Below, one piece after another: positions 50,690-63,590 of a stretch of 64,000 bases of DNA. Below the pieces are notes generated by a model. That model ran no database searches, was not told the origin of the DNA, and saw nothing but the letters and a program-made list of their open reading frames with translations. This DNA comes from Squalus acanthias. Lineage: Eukaryota. Made by a program: the position numbers and the translations under genes. The stretch lies in assembly GCA_030390025.1 (NCBI GenBank), contig CM059433.1:16990001-17054000 (forward strand), read 5' to 3'. Each line of letters starts with the position of its first letter. Positions within the stretch are counted from its first letter, which is position 1.

Positions 50690-51235
50690 ATCACGCATCT
50701 CTCTCCCTACCTCACGGCCCAATCGCTGTTGAAAACTTTATCCAGGTCTTTGTGACTCCCAGGCTTAACTTCAATGCCCCCCCAGACCGCCACCCTTCAC
50801 AAACTCCAATTGATCCAGAACTTCAGCATCCACATTCTAACCCATATTAAATCCTGCTCACCCATCACTCCCATTCTTCCAAACCTTCACTGGCTCCCCA
50901 TCTCCCCATCTCCATTGAATTCAAAACCCTCATCCTCGGGTACAACTCCTTTCAGTGCCACACTCCACCTTGCCTCTTCAACCACCCTCCAGCCCTGTGT
51001 CCCCAGCTCACACCCTCCCCTCTTGTGAGAAGGGATTGCTGTGCATCCCCCTTGCTCCACCATATGGCAGAACCTTCCACTCTGCAATTCTGACTCTAAA
51101 CCCCTCTACCTTGCTTCATATCTTCTCACCTTCAATAGCCTTTGAAACTGTCCCCTTCCCGAACCTTCTTCTCCCAGTACCTGCTAGGTGTCTATTACCC
51201 CCATACCGCCACCTGCACGAAGTGTAAGTTGTTGC
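50690..51235 (+). mobile_element. Old L2 3' fragment
   Basis: TLHKLQLIQN..PITPILPNLHWLP. Confidence 0.75.
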
Positions 51236-52610
51236 TGTAGATGGGGGTATAGCTTCCCCTTCTAACTTGATGTGATACTACTGGAGATGAAAGGGCAAGT
51301 TAGTGATACAAAAGCCCCAGGAGTCAGGATTTCTCTGCCAAAGGCTAAAATCCAGACTTGATTTTTCATGTGCATTGATCAACAGCTCATTTTCCAGTCA
51401 GCAAAATCTCTTGGCTGCTGCTATATATAATTACAAATGGCCAGAAAGACATGCTGCAGTGAGTCCTTACACTCTTCCTCAGGAATAACATGTTCGGGAT
51501 GACATGGTAATTGAGAAACAAATAGCCACACGAAATGCCTCATAGCAGCACATGATAACTGAACCATTTTTGTTCAGCCTGCTTTAGATACCTGGAACAA
51601 CTTGTTTTTAAAACAATATGCTTTTATCCACATTGATCCCCCCATTACCTGATTTTTAAATGAATGAAAATAACAAACGCATATAATTTGCTGGCAGTAA
51701 TGAACTCAAAAAGGCAAAGAACTGAGTGTTTGCCGGTGGTCTTAATTGGTTTTGTATTACTTCAAAACAGGAGCTCACAATGATACACTACGTGTTTACG
51801 CCATCTGGTGTCATCATACTATTCATAATACAGGCCACATGAGTAGTAATTATTTAACCCTTGGTACTTATTTGTCCAGAACATCTTGGGGGGAAAAATA
51901 TGGATCTTTTTGCAGTGAGCTATTGAGCAAAATATTGAATTAAAACACAAGAGTTCATCACTGCCACACAGTCCTCAGACAAATTAAAATGATTGCTCTT
52001 TGCTATACTTTTGTAAGGACGTGGTGAATTTTTTTTAAAGATTGTTTATTTTTTTCTTTTTAGTCATGAAGTAGAGCCCAGTTGTTTTTATGTTGTAATA
52101 TCAGCTTTTTATCTCCAGGTGTCACTAGAGGGACTTTAGTATTTATGCAAAATTAAACTTTTCTTTCTTTCTTGTGAGGTAAAGTTTTTGCCTCTTTCTT
52201 TTGCCCCGACTCCTAATTATCTTGCCTCTTCTGAAATTGCTTTCATGGTTCCCAGTATCATTTGAACTCCTTGATTCTGTTAAACCCTCATAACATTGCT
52301 ATTCTCTGTGCAGCAATGATAATTCATTTTCTGCTGAGATTTTGCTGCTGGGATTTGGTTAAGTGTTTCACGATTTGCAGTTGTGAATGGTCTTTATACA
52401 CTAAAACAAGGGCTATTCCTTAAATAACAGTAAAATATACAACAATGCATAGCACAATGCCTGTATGATTCTGTTCATATTTGAAAATATATTTGAACAA
52501 ATAAATCTGAACAGATACCACAATTCTGCAAAGCCACAGGTTAATCCAACACTATTACTTGTGAACAAAAATGTAACTATTACTTTTTACATTTGAACAC
52601 TGACAAATTT

Positions 52611-53156
52611 GAATGCACATCTTGTGTCATGTGGGAGCTCCAGGACGCTTCCCGTGTCCTGGACAACCACGTGTGCAGGAAGTGTCATCAGCTGGAGGAG
52701 CTCAAGCTCCAGGTTTCCGAGCTTGAGCAGCAGCTGGCGTCACTGCGGTGCATCCGTGAGGCTGAGAGCTCCGTGGAGAGCACGTTTCAGGAGGTGGTCA
52801 CCCCGCAGCGTAAGGGTGTGCAGGCAGTGAGGGAATGGGTGACCGTCAGACAGCCCAAGGAGGACCAGGCAGGTAGTGCAGGAGTCCCCCGAGTTCATCT
52901 CACTCTCTAACTGATATTCAGTACTGAATACTGGTCAGCGAGTGGTTAGGATCTGGAATGCACTGCCTGAAAGGGTGGTGGAGGCAGACTCAATCACGGC
53001 TTTCAAAGGGAATTGGATAAGTACCTGAAGGAAAAATATTTTCAGGGCTTTGGGGAAAGGGCGGGGGAGTGGGACTAGCTGAGGGGCTCTTGCAGAGAGC
53101 CGGCACGGGCTCGACGGGCCGAATGGCCTCTTTCTGTGCTGTAACCATTCTATGAT
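52611..53156 (+). mobile_element. Internally deleted CR1: ORF1 N-terminus fused to the 3' tail
   Basis: CTSCVMWE..HVCRKC plus leucine-zipper-like LEELKLQVSELEQQLASL (CR1 ORF1-like) runs to about 52935, then RVVRIWNALP and the CR1 3'UTR follow directly. Confidence 0.75.
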
Positions 53157-53697
53157 CCCAATTGTATATCTTTGTGGTGCATTTGGCCCACTGTATCTGC
53201 AGTTTTGCAGAAGTTGAATGACCTGTTACTTCAAATAACATTCATGGTTCGTTTCCAACTGACAAAGTAAGGATTCATGCTTGGTCATTTATTTTTTTAA
53301 ATGTCTGCAATCCTTTGAAGATGGTCAAATGGAATCATTTGGATGGATTTCGGACTGTGCACACAGTCATCATGGCAAACGATAGCAGTGCTGTATGGCA
53401 TATTGTCTCCATTTAGTTACAACACGGCTTACCCTAAAACTCCAGCCTTCAAATATGTCTTTACGCAGAAAAAGACCATCGGCACACAATTTCAGAACGC
53501 CAGTACTCTGTTAAAGGCCGATTGCTTTTGCAAGGACAAATCGTAAGTGGAATTGCAGCAGCTATCAGAGCGTTTGTCCAGTTTTTAAAACTTCAAGGCG
53601 TCGTGCGTGATCCAGGACATGCTCTGACAACATTTACCATCAGTCACAACGTCACCTTCGTTTGCTGATTGTGGTCGTTCAGTATCCGCTTCTTTAA

Positions 53698-53856
53698 TCA
53701 GGCGCCGGTTTTGGAGTTAGAAGCTGATTTCTGCTGGAGATGCATCTGTCGCGTACTGTAATAGGACATGCTGAAACCTAACAGGCCGAGAACTAGAGCT
53801 GAGCGCTGCAACAGCGTGTCTGTGCTGTTCAGGGTCACTTTGCCAGCAGCTTGAGT
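53698..53856 (-). CDS. Terminal coding exon of an unidentified small protein with a hydrophobic C-terminal segment
   Basis: Poly-T acceptor (ttttttttag|) then 52 codons TQAAGKVTLNSTDTLLQRSALVLGLLGFSMSYYSTRQMHLQQKSASNSKTGA-TGA. In phase with the 62672-62748 exon. AATAAA on the minus strand at about 53288-53293. Confidence 0.6.
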   Translation of the reverse strand, partial: TQAAGKVTLNSTDTLLQRSALVLGLLGFSMSYYSTRQMHLQQKSASNSKTGA

Positions 53857-55514
53857 CTAAAAAAAAAACACAAATCCAATTCTTAGTTGCTTTGATCGTG
53901 ATAAAACTAAAAGACTCTTTAATTAGAATATATCTAATAAATATAAGCACAGTTATATTACAGGTAACTAGTTTGAAATAGGTACTTGTTTAGAATGATG
54001 CGCCACCAATTAAGTTCCACTCTTGCCTACATATCATTCCAGGGAAAATGGAGCAGGGCTCTGTCCATTGGCACCCCGGTTAATTTGAATGTTATCGAAG
54101 AGTCTGCTGGGGCAGACAGCTATGCTGTTCAGGTGACCACGTGTATGAAATTGGAACAAAAGAAAACCAATGCTATTTTATTCAGCTTGCGTTGCATATT
54201 TAGGACACACAAGTTATTTTTTTTTAAATTAATGTAACGCAACACAACTCGGCTTTCAAATGAGCATTCCAAACACCTATACATAAAAAAAAAACCATTG
54301 TGGGTCTTCAAAGCTTAGACACTAGTTTCAGATGGAAAGTCCAAATGAACTCCTTGTGCTATTTTCATAGGTAGATCAACTGTAGAATATCATATTATGT
54401 ATGGTGCCTTCATCACAATTGCTGGTTCTTCACTGCTGATCTAATCATGCAACAAGGACACAGAGCAAATGAGGTGCATCCACCATAATGTCCACTGCTG
54501 GCAAGTGACAGCAATGATGATTCAAAATTGAACAAAACCAATCCTATGAATCTCACGGGAAGTATTATTAAAAAAAATAGCAGATATGAGGTTTGTAGCT
54601 AAATTGCAAAGTAATTCTTTATAAATGCATTCACAATTTTGCTACAAACAGCACACAGTAAATCTGACCCTCTCAATAGCGGGGGTCATTTGGTAATCAC
54701 TCGTGCGTATCTCTTATTCTATATTAAAAATTTCACTAAACAGCAAGTCACATGAGACATTTATGTCCCTGCAAATGTTTTTTTTAAACCAACTTCCAAA
54801 CCTTTGGCATTTCTAACATGGAAATCACAGATAATGATTAGCTATTCATTTACCATGGTTAGTGAAGATGTAACAGAACCATTTCTAAAAGCAGCTCCAC
54901 AAGTTGACAGTATTGCCCCCCCTGTTGGTGAGTGTGGGCTGGCTTTATTAGCCAAGAAACTACTGCCAAGCCGAATGCCACAAGCTGTGCTGATTCACTT
55001 TCCTATATCTCAGCGGACGTAGTTTCAAGGCAACTCATCAGTGCTATGGCGCCGCTAAACTAGTTATTTACACCTGAGGCAATGAAAAAGTATTAGAAGT
55101 TTCTGCATGTACAGTTTTTGTTTTGAAACTTTAAGTGCTTTTTTAATCCAAGTCAGGTCCTGTACATTTGTGTTATCCAATCATCCGTTCATTCCCACGT
55201 ATATTCACGTAGTGATTTTAATACAGTACCCATTAACTGGCAAAAGAGGCAACACATTTTTACTAGTCCAACCTTGCATTCAAATCTGGTTATCATCAAC
55301 AACATTTTGCCTCTGCTTGCCAATTGCTTGCACTGTAACTAAAAGACATAACCTAGTGCTTGGGAATGATCCATATTTCATATTATAATGGAGAGAGCCT
55401 CATAGCTCCAGTCCATTAATTTTATGAAGTGTTGCATTAAAAAGGAGCTTGCATTCTAGAGCTGCGTAAACAAAAGGCTACAGTTTCATAATTTCTTTGG
55501 GGCGACTATAACCG

Positions 55515-55660
55515 TAAATGGATCAAGGGATATGGGGAGAAAGCAGGGACAGGGTACTGAATTTGGATGATCAGCCATGATCTCATTAAATGGCGGAGCA
55601 GGCTCGAGGGGCCGAATGGCCTACTCCTGCTCCTATCTGCGATGCTTTTATGCTTCTATG
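55515..55660 (+). mobile_element. CR1 3' tail fragment
   Basis: GATCAGCCATGATC..GGCGGAGCAGGCTCGAGGGGCCGAATGGCCTACTCCTGCTCC. Confidence 0.8.
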
Positions 55661-56519
55661 CCTCGCAAGGTAGGCTCTGCTGGCTCCTGAGAGGGCACTG
55701 AGACTTGGAGATTCCGTACCAGGACACCAATGGGCAAGGCGGTGGCTTCAAGAACCTTGGTTCGGCGAGTAATCTCAAATTTAAGAGGACCTGCATTTTC
55801 ATGAAACTGTGCTCGATAAAAGGTTTTTCTTAGTTTACAAACATATGAAGCTTACAAACATATGAAGCAATTGCGTCAGAAGGGTGGGCATGTGGTGCAA
55901 GGTAGTAGCGGTGTGAAATGCACTCAACCCATTGCATTTGGCCAGCTGCTGCTTAAGTCACTTGTTTGCCTTGGGCCTGCACCACAGGAAATGAACAACT
56001 GTCAAGACTTCCTAAATTGTTTGTGTGTTAAGTACAACTTAGGCCTCTGTGACCATCTATGTTGAAACAAATTTCCAGTTCTAACTTGGCAGCAGATAAA
56101 ATAACAGGTAAACAATCAAGTGAAAGTGGGAAACAACTTTAGGTTAAAAGCTTTGTGTGAGTCCAAAAGACTGCCCCGTTAGAATGCCAAATCAAATATA
56201 TCTAATCTCCAACAGAGCTTTACTAACTCTGTGAGTAGAAATTGACAGTAGAAACAGTGACGTTATCTATTTACAGAAAAGAACTCAAACAGGTTCAAAG
56301 AAATTTACATGGTGAAACTAAATTAAGATCCCAATTGAAACCAGTGAGAGAATTTCCAAATAGCTCGAGTAAAACAGGATCCCTTTGTGATCCAAATGCA
56401 AATAGATCACAAAAGCCTGAAATCCTGCTGCTCAGGTTGCAACTGGACCTCTTGGAAATAACTACAAAACCCAGCCTATATAGAGATCTGTTGTGGATTT
56501 GTGCTCACAAACTTTCAGT

Positions 56520-57133
56520 ATACAAACCCTCATCCATGCCTTTGTTACCTCTAGACTTGACTATTCCAACGCACTCCTGGCTGGCCTCCCACATTCCACC
56601 CTACATAAACTTGAGGTCATCCAAAACTCAGTTGCCTGTGTCCTAACCCGCACCAAGTCCCGTTCGCCCATCTCCCCTGTGCTCGCTGACCTACATCGGC
56701 TCCCGGTTAAGCAGCGACTCGATTTCAAAATTCTCATCCTTGTTTTCAAATCCCTCCATGGCCTCGCCCCCTCCCTATCTCTGTAATCTCCTTCAGCCCC
56801 ACAACCCCCCCTGAGATATCTGCGCTCCTCTAATTCTGCCCTCTTGAGCATCCCTGATTATAATCGATCAACCTTTGGTGGCCGTGCCTTCTGTTGCCTA
56901 GGCCCTAAGCTCTGGAATTCCCTGCCTAAACCTCTCCGCCTCGCTACCTCTCTTTCCTCCTTTAAGACGCTCCTTAAAACCTACCTCTTTGACCAAGCTT
57001 TTGGTCACCTGCCCTAATTTATCCTTATGTGGCTCGGTGTCAAATTTTATGCCTTAAATTACTCCTGTGCAGCACCTTGGGACGTTTTACTACGTTAAAG
57101 GCGCTATATCAGTACAAGTTGTTGTTGTTGTTG
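56520..57133 (+). mobile_element. L2 3' fragment
   Basis: TLIHAFVTSRLDYSNALL..DFKILILVFKSLHGLAP; (GTT)n tail. Confidence 0.9.
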
Positions 57134-58344
57134 TATAAGGCTCTGATGAGCCAATCATCGGGGCGATGTTGCATCCTGTGATTTACTGCGACTATGGACA
57201 CGAACTTTGTAAGAACGCTGGGCGTTGAGGAAAGCTGAAGGACAGTACCATGTCCTCCTTGCCACTTGAAATTGCACTTGAGAAAATTCCATGGACATTC
57301 CCATGTAGTACTAAGCAGATGGGCATCTTTCAGATAGCTAACCAGTCACCAGAGCACGCTACCTGCAAAGTTCATGGCAGTGTGACCATCTTGAAAGATC
57401 CTGCTTTGAGAATAGAAATCCATTTTCTCCTGATGAGGATGAATACATTCCCTCCTGCAGGTGGTCCGATCTAATTAGCCCTGCAGAATCTTGGAGGTAC
57501 GCTTCAGAACTGAAGAGTATAGCCCTCTCTGATAGTATTAGGACGCATATAACCATAATGATACTTCCTCATATAGCCCCCTATTCTAGTTCCTGGTGAG
57601 AGGGGAATATTCAGTGAGCCATTGATGTAAAGCATTAGTTGACCCAGATCTACTGGAGGAACCCTGTAGGCTGTGTCTAGGTATGAGTATCACTCGAAAG
57701 TGAGGGGATATTATGCCCTGAGACTCTGCCACAAACAGGTTGCAGTTGAATCAGGATTTGCCAAACGAGGGAACTCTTAAAAGGGATCTTGCTTCTCGCC
57801 ATCATCTCTGTCACATCACACAAGTTCTGCTGTTTTTTCACAAAAAGATTCAAGAAATTTCTGCACCTGCTTCTAAAATAACTTTTCTGTCGAGGGATAA
57901 CTGCAATAACCGCTGATCTGGCTCCCATAGGAGCGACGCTCAACAAAACTCATGACCGTCTGCAAAGCAAAACACCAAAAGCAATGGATTTCACTCCCAA
58001 GTCCAAAGCACGGACTTCTGGTTTCTGCTGCAGCACAGCAAACTGGACTTGGTCTTCGATCAGGGGCAGGAACTGACTTTGGAAAACACTAAATAGTTGG
58101 TAAATTCATTTGGACTCTCAGTCGATTTATCCTGTTCCCATTCACCTGTGGATAGGGATCTCCTTAAGTGGGTCCCTCAGTCTCCACTGACTATGGGCAT
58201 CTAGTCTTAGACAATATAGAAAGGACTATGGTTCTTATTGATTCCGCGAAGGTACCAATGATCCTGTTCAGAGAATGGAATTGGCCCTGATGTATCCGCT
58301 GTTGTTCTCTGGCACGCTGTTGGAGGAAGGGTGTTCAATTTGAT

Positions 58345-59470
58345 CATAGAACATAAAAGATAGGAGCAGGAGTAGGCCATACGGCCTCTCGAGCCTGCTC
58401 CGCCATTCAATAAGATCATGGCTGATCATCGACCTCAACTCCACTTTCCCGCCCGATCTCCATATCCCTTGATTCCCCTAGAGTCCAAAAATCTATCGAT
58501 CTCAGCCTTGAATATACTCAAAGACTCAGGCCACGATTTTGCCGGTCCTCAGAGTGCGGGATTGGAGGCGGGACCGCTGTCAAAATCTCAAAGATTGACA
58601 GCGGGTAGGAAACCCACTGTCAACCCGCCTCCAATCAATCTTCCCAAATTTCGGGTCCCCGATTTGCGCATGGACCCGACACCTAGCGGCGGGAAGAGGA
58701 TTATAGCCACTTAACTGGCTGTTAACAGGTACTTGATACTTGTTAACAGGCTCTTTTTGAATTTTGCCGCTTCTGGCTCAGGTTCCCCGACGTCTGGACA
58801 CCACGCCAGGTAAGTGTGGCGTGTTGTGAGTCTGCTGTAATGTTCCTGCATTGATGACAGCTGCAGAAGTGGTGTGAAGGATCCAATGGTTTCAGAGGTA
58901 AGAAAATGTTGGGAAAATCATTTTTAATATATTTACACTTTTCTGTAGGTAACAGGATTTGAATTGGCTGTCTAGTCCCACCTCATTGGGAGAACCTCTC
59001 TCACCAGTGACAGATCGCTTCTGTAACCTCACCTGCAGCTGCCATCTGTTCTAGCCTAAGGAGGGAGTCACTGGAGAGCCTGGATGCAAGATCTCACCTT
59101 TAAACAGTCATTGTCAGTGTTTGCAGCACCTCAATGTGGTCAAACACAGAGAAATGCGCTGTCAAAGAAAAATTGTGTGTGGTCCCTTTAAGAAAACCGG
59201 CAGATGACGCATCATCAAATGATGTCATCTGACCGGCTTCCTTTAATTGGCCGGCAAGCCCGCATTGGCCGGATGCAGTTGGGGGTGGGACTGGAACCCG
59301 GAAACCAGCTCCCAAGCTGCATCCATTGGAAAAATCGCGGCCTCAGCATTCACAGCCCTCTGGAGTAGAGAATTCCAAAGATTCACAACCCTCTGAGTAA
59401 AGAAATTCCTCCTCATCTCAGTCTTAAATGGCCTACCCCTTATCCTGAGACTATGCCCCCTAGTTCTAGA
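58345..59470 (-). mobile_element. CR1 3' fragment split by a DNA transposon
   Basis: Tail at 58345-58525; RTRGHSL..FKTEMRRNFFTQRVVNLWNSL at 59346-59470. Confidence 0.85.
58529..59342. mobile_element. Non-autonomous Harbinger-type element
   Basis: TIRs GGCCACGATTTT / AAAATCGCGGCC; TSD TCA. Confidence 0.82.
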
Positions 59471-62400
59471 TCCTTTCTTCAAATTCTCTTTCCCAAGGTT
59501 CCCAATGAAAATGGTGCAGGCAGGGATCAAAATTATGCAGTTACCCATCTCCCTCCTCCGTACTGATAGGTGCTAATTTGTGCCCAGCAATGCTGACTGG
59601 GCGTGGTGGGATTTCTTAAGCTTATTGTGCTTGTTTATCTTATTCTGGATGTGGAAGTAACGGTGCACCTGTTCTTTATGCATGTGTTTTATGAACCCAA
59701 GACAAACTTGGCATAATGCACTCTCATGTCTGGATGACAAGCAATTTAAATGGTGGTCATGGATGAGCTATTTTTTTTGCACAGTTTTTAAAGCCTTTGG
59801 GACATGTTTGTACAGATATGCTCACCCAACTATGCAGGCGTTTTGATTTTTTTCAATGAAGGCAATGTACTGCAAGGACATATTGTGTGACTACAGCCCA
59901 GCTGAAAAAATTCCAGGTTATAGCAGAGCCCCTCATACATCATTGCTTTTCGTTTGTTTGTCTCTGTCTGCTCTATTTGCTTTTGATTTGGCCGTCAAGT
60001 GGAGCATACGATTGGACACTAGTTACCAGGTGACCTCAAAAGGCCTGGAAAGGACAGCCGAGTATTATATTTTCTGGAAGTTCGTTGCCTGGTGCTGAAA
60101 CCCAAAAAGAGAAAGAAAATCCAGACAGGCAAGATTAAATAACAGAACATCTAACCTATGTTGTAGAGAGGCTGTAAAGGTTGTCCAAACCGTGGTGTGA
60201 GAGATCTAACATGAGGAGAAAAGAACATTCAGCGATAGAAAACTGAAGTGTTGAAACGGCATAGGTCCTGGGGCCTTATACAAAGATGGAAGCCGCAAAT
60301 TCATGGTGAAATTTTGATGTGGGGATTCAGCATGTAGTTTCCCCAGAACCTATCAGGCACGACTAAACTCCTAGGATGTGTGCAGGATGCTGAGTGAAGA
60401 AGGTGAGTTTAGTGCATCTATAAAAAGTAGCATAATCAATGTAGACTTAAAAGACAACTTCAAATCTTTAGCAGCTTCGTTAGTCACAGTCATCAGTAGA
60501 ATTATCATCGGTCTAGCGTGGAGAATGAATCATTGTCGGTTCTATAGGGGATGGGAAATTTTTGATTATTAACAGCATGGGGACTTCATGGCGATATAAA
60601 CTAATATTTTAGAAAAAGAAGAGGGGAAGAGCAATATTTATTGCTTGAATTATTTAGGTAAGTCCTGCCTGTCCCCATGGTTCAGATGGATGTTAAAGAT
60701 CCCATAGCATTCGAAAGGCAGGGAGTTCTCCCAGGGTTTTGGCCAGCATTCCTCCTTCAACCAACACCAAAAAAACCAGACTAACTGATTATTAATCTTA
60801 ATTGCTGTTTGTGGAATCTTGCTGTGTGCAAAATAGCTGCTGTGTTTGCCAGCATAACAAATGCTGCACTGCAAATGAATTCATTGCATGTGAAGTACTT
60901 CTGAGTTTCTGATGGTTACATATAATGAGATGTTTCTGAGTCACGTGCAAAAATGCACCATGAGGGTTCATTATTTTAATTCATTTTTACTAAACAGTGC
61001 ACAGGCGACCCTACTTCACCTCAGTTATCAAAACTAAAGTATAAAATCTATACCTAGAGTGTTTCAGTTACTAGTTACAATGGGATTAAGGCCATAAGTA
61101 ACTACTAGAGCAGCTGTTTGAATATTAATTTACAATTCAGATAAAGGATCCCACCAAATTGTTAATCTATCATTTTCTATTTGAATTGCAAACTGACCTG
61201 ATGTACGTTTTTAGGATTTTCTGTTCCTATTTCAGATTTCCAGCATTCACACTTTTTCTTTTTATCTTATTAAACATTCCTGACTCTCTTTCTACCCGTA
61301 TTGAGCTTTCATCCATCGCTCTGATTCAAAGAACACTTGAACAGCTGCTGCCACCCAGCTTCTAGCTACATATTGAGCACTGACTGTACATCAAGCTAAG
61401 CAGCTTAGCAGAAGGAAGCACATACTATAATACTAAAGATTCGGAACGTATTATTGCTACCCACAGTCCTGACTGCTGCAAGACAAGTAACCATTTTGGA
61501 AGCTGGCTTTATGCTGCATAATTACCTGCCCATCGCAAAATAATCCCAAATCAACTCTTCAGCCTCAAAATTATTATTTAAAATATGTTTTGCCCTTAAT
61601 ACCTTTGTTCCTACCATGATTGCCTGTCTTTATTTTTGTTTAAGAATTGATTAGCACCATTTAAAGTGTATGGATGTTCATACAAGATATTGTACCAGTG
61701 ACCACACATTATGTGAGTTCCTTTTCAACATTGAAAGCTGTGGCACTTTTGTGTTGTGATATTACTTAGAATGACAGAAACTCTAACAGTTTCAGTCGCG
61801 AATGACGTGCAGTGTTCTATTAATACGGTAACAATGGCGGCTTCTTAAATGTGCTCTGGAATGCCTCATGGGATGCAGGGCATCAAGTCTGATCTGACTG
61901 CAGCAAGGTACTTATTTTAGCTTTATGGTGGTTTAGTAATATGTTCCATAATTTAAAAAAAAAGTATCTCTGTGATCCACAGTAAAGTATATTTGACTTA
62001 CTTTTTGTGGGGAGGGAGAAAGAGATGACATTCCATACACTCAGCTAAAAGTATCAGACACATCTTTCACACATCACAGTATCTCCTAAAACTAGGTAAA
62101 TGACTTTACTGCTGCACAAATTGACTTCTGAATGGCAAAAATACTGAAATCACAAAACTAAAAAGTAAATTTACAAGTCTCTAGGCGACTACAGCAAATT
62201 AACTCCATACCTGTAGAAAATCGGTTGTAAACATTGTCATTTAATTTTGTGCTGTAAGAAATCTTTAAAACAATTATACTATGCATACTCATATTTCATA
62301 AATATTTTTAGTCATTATCAGAATTACCTTTAGTTCCTAAGTACTAGATCAGTCCCTGCAGGTGACACTTCCCACCAGTGAAAATAAAATGCAACTTTAC

Positions 62401-62671
62401 ATTGATGTGAGTGATCACTTAGTGTTTTATAGACTGTGTTCGTAGTTCAGCCAATTGCACTACATTTGCTCCCTTTCCCAAGAAAGCATTCCCCCCTTTC
62501 AATTGTGGTCTCCGTGATAGCAATTGCCTTTTATCACCTGTACGTTGCTTTGCACGTTGCAATTTCTTGTGCACAGCAACTGAAGTAGATGAAATAGCAA
62601 ACTACTTGTTCACACTGACTTGAACTTCAGATTAGTTCCTCACACTCAAAACATCCTTCTCTAATGCTCAC

Positions 62672-62748
62672 CTGCAACAGTCTGATATATCCAGGTATCA
62701 TCATCCGCAGTGGAATAAACATTTCGATCAAGTATTTCTTCTTTGATC
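62672..62748 (-). CDS. Internal coding exon of an unidentified gene
   Basis: 77-nt exon between acceptor ctctctacag| and donor CAG|GTGAGC. Reads (x)SKKKYLIEMFIPLRMMIPGYIRLLQ, ending in phase 0. Confidence 0.6.
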
Positions 62749-63223
62749 CTGTAGAGAGATGGAGGTTATAAGTGAATTATCACTTAGTTGGGATCTTTGT
62801 TGCTACAAACTTTGTCTCTTCACATTCAGCTTGGTATGGTTTGACAAGGCAGTAGATTACACAGCTCTACATTCAATGCCTTTGTGAGCTCTTTATATAC
62901 AAGCTTCAAGTAAGAATAGACTGGATAAGTTGCATGAGCTGTCACGTGTTATCAATCTGAGGTGCTTATATGTTGGCAGAAGGCCTTGAACAAGAAGCCT
63001 ACAGGCTAAGACTGTCTGCAATATATTTGCAGAGATAGGCTCAGCTTTATCTGATTTTACACAATGCAGATGGACAGATTTAAAATATATGACATCGTTG
63101 CCTAGAAATTGAATTGTGCCCAAATTGGAATGTGCCCAAATCCCGGTGTAGCGCACACGACATGTGCCTAAGGACGCCGGCTAGAAGGACCACTGCAAAT
63201 TGGTTCACCAGCCTCATTCAGAG

Positions 63224-63590
63224 AGTCATACGGCACAGAAGGAGGCCATTCGGCCCATCGAGTCCGTGCCGGCTCTCTGTCGAGCAATCCAGTCAGTCCC
63301 ATTCCCCCGCTTTATCCCCGTAGCCCTGCAAGTTTATTTCCCTCAAGTGCCTATGCAGTCTCCCCTTGAAAACATTGAGTGTCTCCGCTTCCACCACTTC
63401 CGTCGGCAGCGAATTCCAGGTCCTCACCACTCGCTGCATAAAAAAGTTTTTCCTCACGTCCCCCCTGTATCTCTTGCCCAGAACCTTAAATCTGTGTCCC
63501 CTAGTCCTTGTACCGTCAACTAGTGGGAACAGCCTTTCCCCGTCTAGCCTATCCAAACCTGTCATGATCTTGTACACCTCTATCAAATTC
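63224..63590 (-). mobile_element. CR1 3' fragment
   Basis: LIEVYKIMTGLDRLDGERLFPLV..TRGHRFK..FFMQRVVRTWNSLP plus tail. Confidence 0.9.

Noticed and set aside
57870..57960. Possible alternative last exon on the minus strand (acceptor ttttgctttgcag, TVMSFVERRSYG..LF*)
   Set aside because: Supported only by an acceptor-like motif and 28 codons; insufficient without RNA data.
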